From the human T2T-CHM13v2.0 reference genome, Homo sapiens, in the NCBI RefSeq assembly GCF_009914755.1, contig NC_060942.1: a DNA stretch of 64,000 bases; one strand, 5' to 3'. Under the pieces are notes generated by a model, which ran no database searches, had not been told where the DNA came from, and saw only the letters and a program-made list of their open reading frames with translations. The position numbers and the translations under genes are program-made. This document shows, one piece after another, positions 61,185 through 64,000 of the stretch. Each line of letters opens with the position of its first letter. The first letter of the stretch is position 1.

Positions 61185-62053
61185 TGACTTAGTTAATGCT
61201 TCTATAATAAAATACCACATACAATAATTTTTAAAGAACAGAAATGTATTTCCCGTAGTTCTGGAGGCTGGAAAGTCCAAGATGAATCTGCCGATAACTT
61301 TGTCGTCTGGCATGTGCTTATCTAGCTTCCAGGTTGATGCCTTGAACACTGCTTCCTCCAGAGAGAAGCAACTCTGTGTCCTCACATGATGAAAGACAGA
61401 AGAGCAAAAGGGCCAAAAGCTGCCTGAAGTCTCTTTTATTTTTTTCCCTCTGTTTAATTTGTACAAATGTATGAAGTACAGCCGTAACTTTGTTACATGA
61501 ATATATAGCATAGTAGTGAAGTCAGGGCTTTTATTGTATCCATCATCCAAACAACATACATTGTACCCATTAAGTAATTTCTTATAATTCACCCTCCTCC
61601 CACCCTTCTACCCTTCCAAGTGTCCATTGTCTATTATTCCACACTCTACACCCAGTTTCATACATTATTTATCTTCCATTTATAAGTGAGAAGATATGGT
61701 ATTTATTTTTCTGTTTCTGAGTTGTTTCACTTAAAATAATTGCCTCCAGTTCCATCCATGTTGCAGCAAAAGACATGACTTCATTTTTTATGGCTAAATA
61801 GCACATCATTGTGTATATGTACCCTATTTTCTTGATCCAATTTTATTTATTGCTACACTATTCACAGTAGCAAACAGATGCAATCAACCTAAGTGTCCAT
61901 GAAGACTATTTTATAAAGGCCTTAAACTAATGCAAGAGGGGAGAAGTCCTCATGACATAATCACTTCTTAAAGGCCTCAGTTCTTCATACCATCACAGTG
62001 GTCATTAAGATTCAACACGTGAATTTTGGTGGGGACACATTCAAACCATGGCA
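61185..62053 (-). mobile_element. MST (MSTD-like) LTR split by an L1
   Basis: gttctggaggctggaaagtccaagat ... ggggacacattcaaaccatggca. Confidence 0.85.
61440..61899 (-). mobile_element. L1PB-like 3' fragment with short 5' inversion
   Basis: Antisense 3' UTR 61440-~61842, then sense piece ~61845-61900; TSD tgaagtctcttttat / tgaagactattttat. Confidence 0.85.
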
Positions 62054-62419
62054 CGTGGCAGGTGGTGAAACTACTTTGTATGATACCATGTCTGTAAATA
62101 CATGACATTGCAATTGCCAAAACCCATTGAACTTTAACATATCAGTAATGAAACTTAATGTATCCAATTAAAAATAAACTTAGAAACTGACAGGAATCCT
62201 GATATGAAATGCAGAATGTAACAAAAATCTAATTATATAACAAAGCTATAAAACAACGTCACTGAAAAGGATGGCAGAAAGATGTCAACCTAAGAAATTT
62301 TGGACATTAATTGTGTCTGTAAAAACCAATGAGGACATAAACTGTGCATAAGAAATGTACATAAGTGGATTAAGTATATCTTATGGTGAAGGGGTTAACA
62401 GTGCTGATACTGCTGTACA

Positions 62420-63694
62420 TGTATAGTGAAATAAATTAAGTAAATAGATGACAGATATCCCACTTTCAATAATAGATATAACAAAGACAGAAGAATAATA
62501 AGAAAACAGGACATGAACAACACTATAGACAGACCAAGGGATACTAAGAGGCATATAGAGAACATTTCACCCACCACAGAAGAATGCATAGGAAACACTC
62601 TCCACGACAGATCATGTGTTAGGTCATAATACAAGTTTTAAGACATTTGAGAAAATTAAAATGAATATATATGAAATATATTTTCTGGCCACCAAATGCA
62701 ATAAACTAGGGCCAGGAAAAAAAAGCACCTAGAATAGAAAATTCAAAAATATATGAAAATGAAGCAATACACTCTTGAACAACCGATGGGTCAAAAAAGA
62801 AATCAAAAGGGAAATTGGAAAGTATCTTCAGACAAACTAAAACCTAAATACAACATAGCGAATGTATGGATGTACCAAAAGCAGTACTGAGGGAAATGTA
62901 AATATAAATTGTAATATAAATGTAATATAATGTAACTATAAATGTAAATATAATTGTAGTATAAATATAAATTGCCCAAATTACAAAAGAATAAAGATCT
63001 CAACTGAAAAGAAAATCTAATATTATAACTCAAGGAATTAGAAAAAGAACACAAAACTAAGCTGAAAGTTAGCCAAACAAGGGAAATAATAGAGAAATAC
63101 ATGAGACTGAAAAACACTAGAAAAAAAAGATGTTTTAAAAAAATAAACCAAATAGACAAATATTTAGCTAGCCTTAATAATACAAAAAAGAAGACTAAAA
63201 TAAATAAAATCATAAATGAAAGAGGAGATATTACAATTTATGCCACAGAAATTAAGGGAACACAAGAGACTATTATGAACAATTATATGCTGACAAGCTG
63301 GATAACCTAGAAAAAAATAAATAAATTTCTACAAACATACAACCTACCAGGACTGAGTCATGAAGAAATAGAATGTCTAAGCAAACTTATAATTAGCATA
63401 AAGATCAGTATTCAAACTTCCTAAAGGAGGTAAGCCCGGGGTCAGATGACCTCCCTGGTGAATTTTACCAAACATTTAAAGAATTAACACCAATTATTTC
63501 AACATCTTCCAGAAAACTGGAAAGGAGGGAATATTTCCAAATTCACTTTATAAGGCCAGCATTACTCTGATACAAAAGATTGACACTACAAAAACAGAAA
63601 ACTACAGGACAGTGTTCCTGATGAACATAGATACAAAAATATTCAACAAAACGCTAACTAACCAGATTGAAAAGCACATTAAAAGAATCACATA
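62420..63694 (+). mobile_element. Old L1M ORF2 5' (endonuclease/linker) fragment
   Basis: Remnant KKINQIDKYLASL..KTKINKIINERGDIT; ggtgaattttaccaaacatttaaagaa. Confidence 0.85.
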
Positions 63695-64000
63695 TCTGGT
63701 AGGCTAACAAAACAGATAAGGCCTTAGCTGTCTATCTTTCTGTCAGCTTGGGTTTATTTCCTTTTTTTCCTATATTTTGCCCTGTTATCTGTTCATTACC
63801 TCTTTTAATATATTCACCTCAATATTCAAGTGCCAAAAAAATCACAAATGTTTGTAAGTCACTTGTTACACCTAGGATCATTTAATTATTCCAAATGGCC
63901 TACAATATGAAGTCTGTGTTCCTCAGCATCATATTCCATGGATTTTCAGATCAGATCTCAGATTTCTGTTTAATCTTAGATGCATCTCACCTTATGTCCC

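Overview
Human non-coding, AT-rich, repeat-dense genomic DNA. The species call rests on an L1HS-Ta element; AluY/S/J, THE1, MST, MLT, MER52 and HERV-L are also present. I can support no intact cellular protein-coding gene, tRNA, rRNA or CRISPR array. Nearly all ORFs in the track are chance or repeat-derived frames. Highlights: (1) a young 2.2 kb L1HS Ta-0 insertion with a twin-priming 5' inversion and a perfect 16-bp TSD (19274-21480); (2) a decayed processed pseudogene of the kinase SRPK1 (about 28100-29800) that also appears twin-primed and was later hit by an Alu; (3) a third, older twin-primed L1 inside an MST LTR; (4) an L1PA fragment with a probable 43-bp 3' transduction inside Tigger3; (5) a templated inverted duplication inside an MLT2 LTR attached to a HERV-L dUTPase remnant. 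I found no credible new biological system; the interesting signals are retrotransposition and repair footprints. Subfamily names come from recalled consensus motifs, and boundaries of old repeats are approximate.
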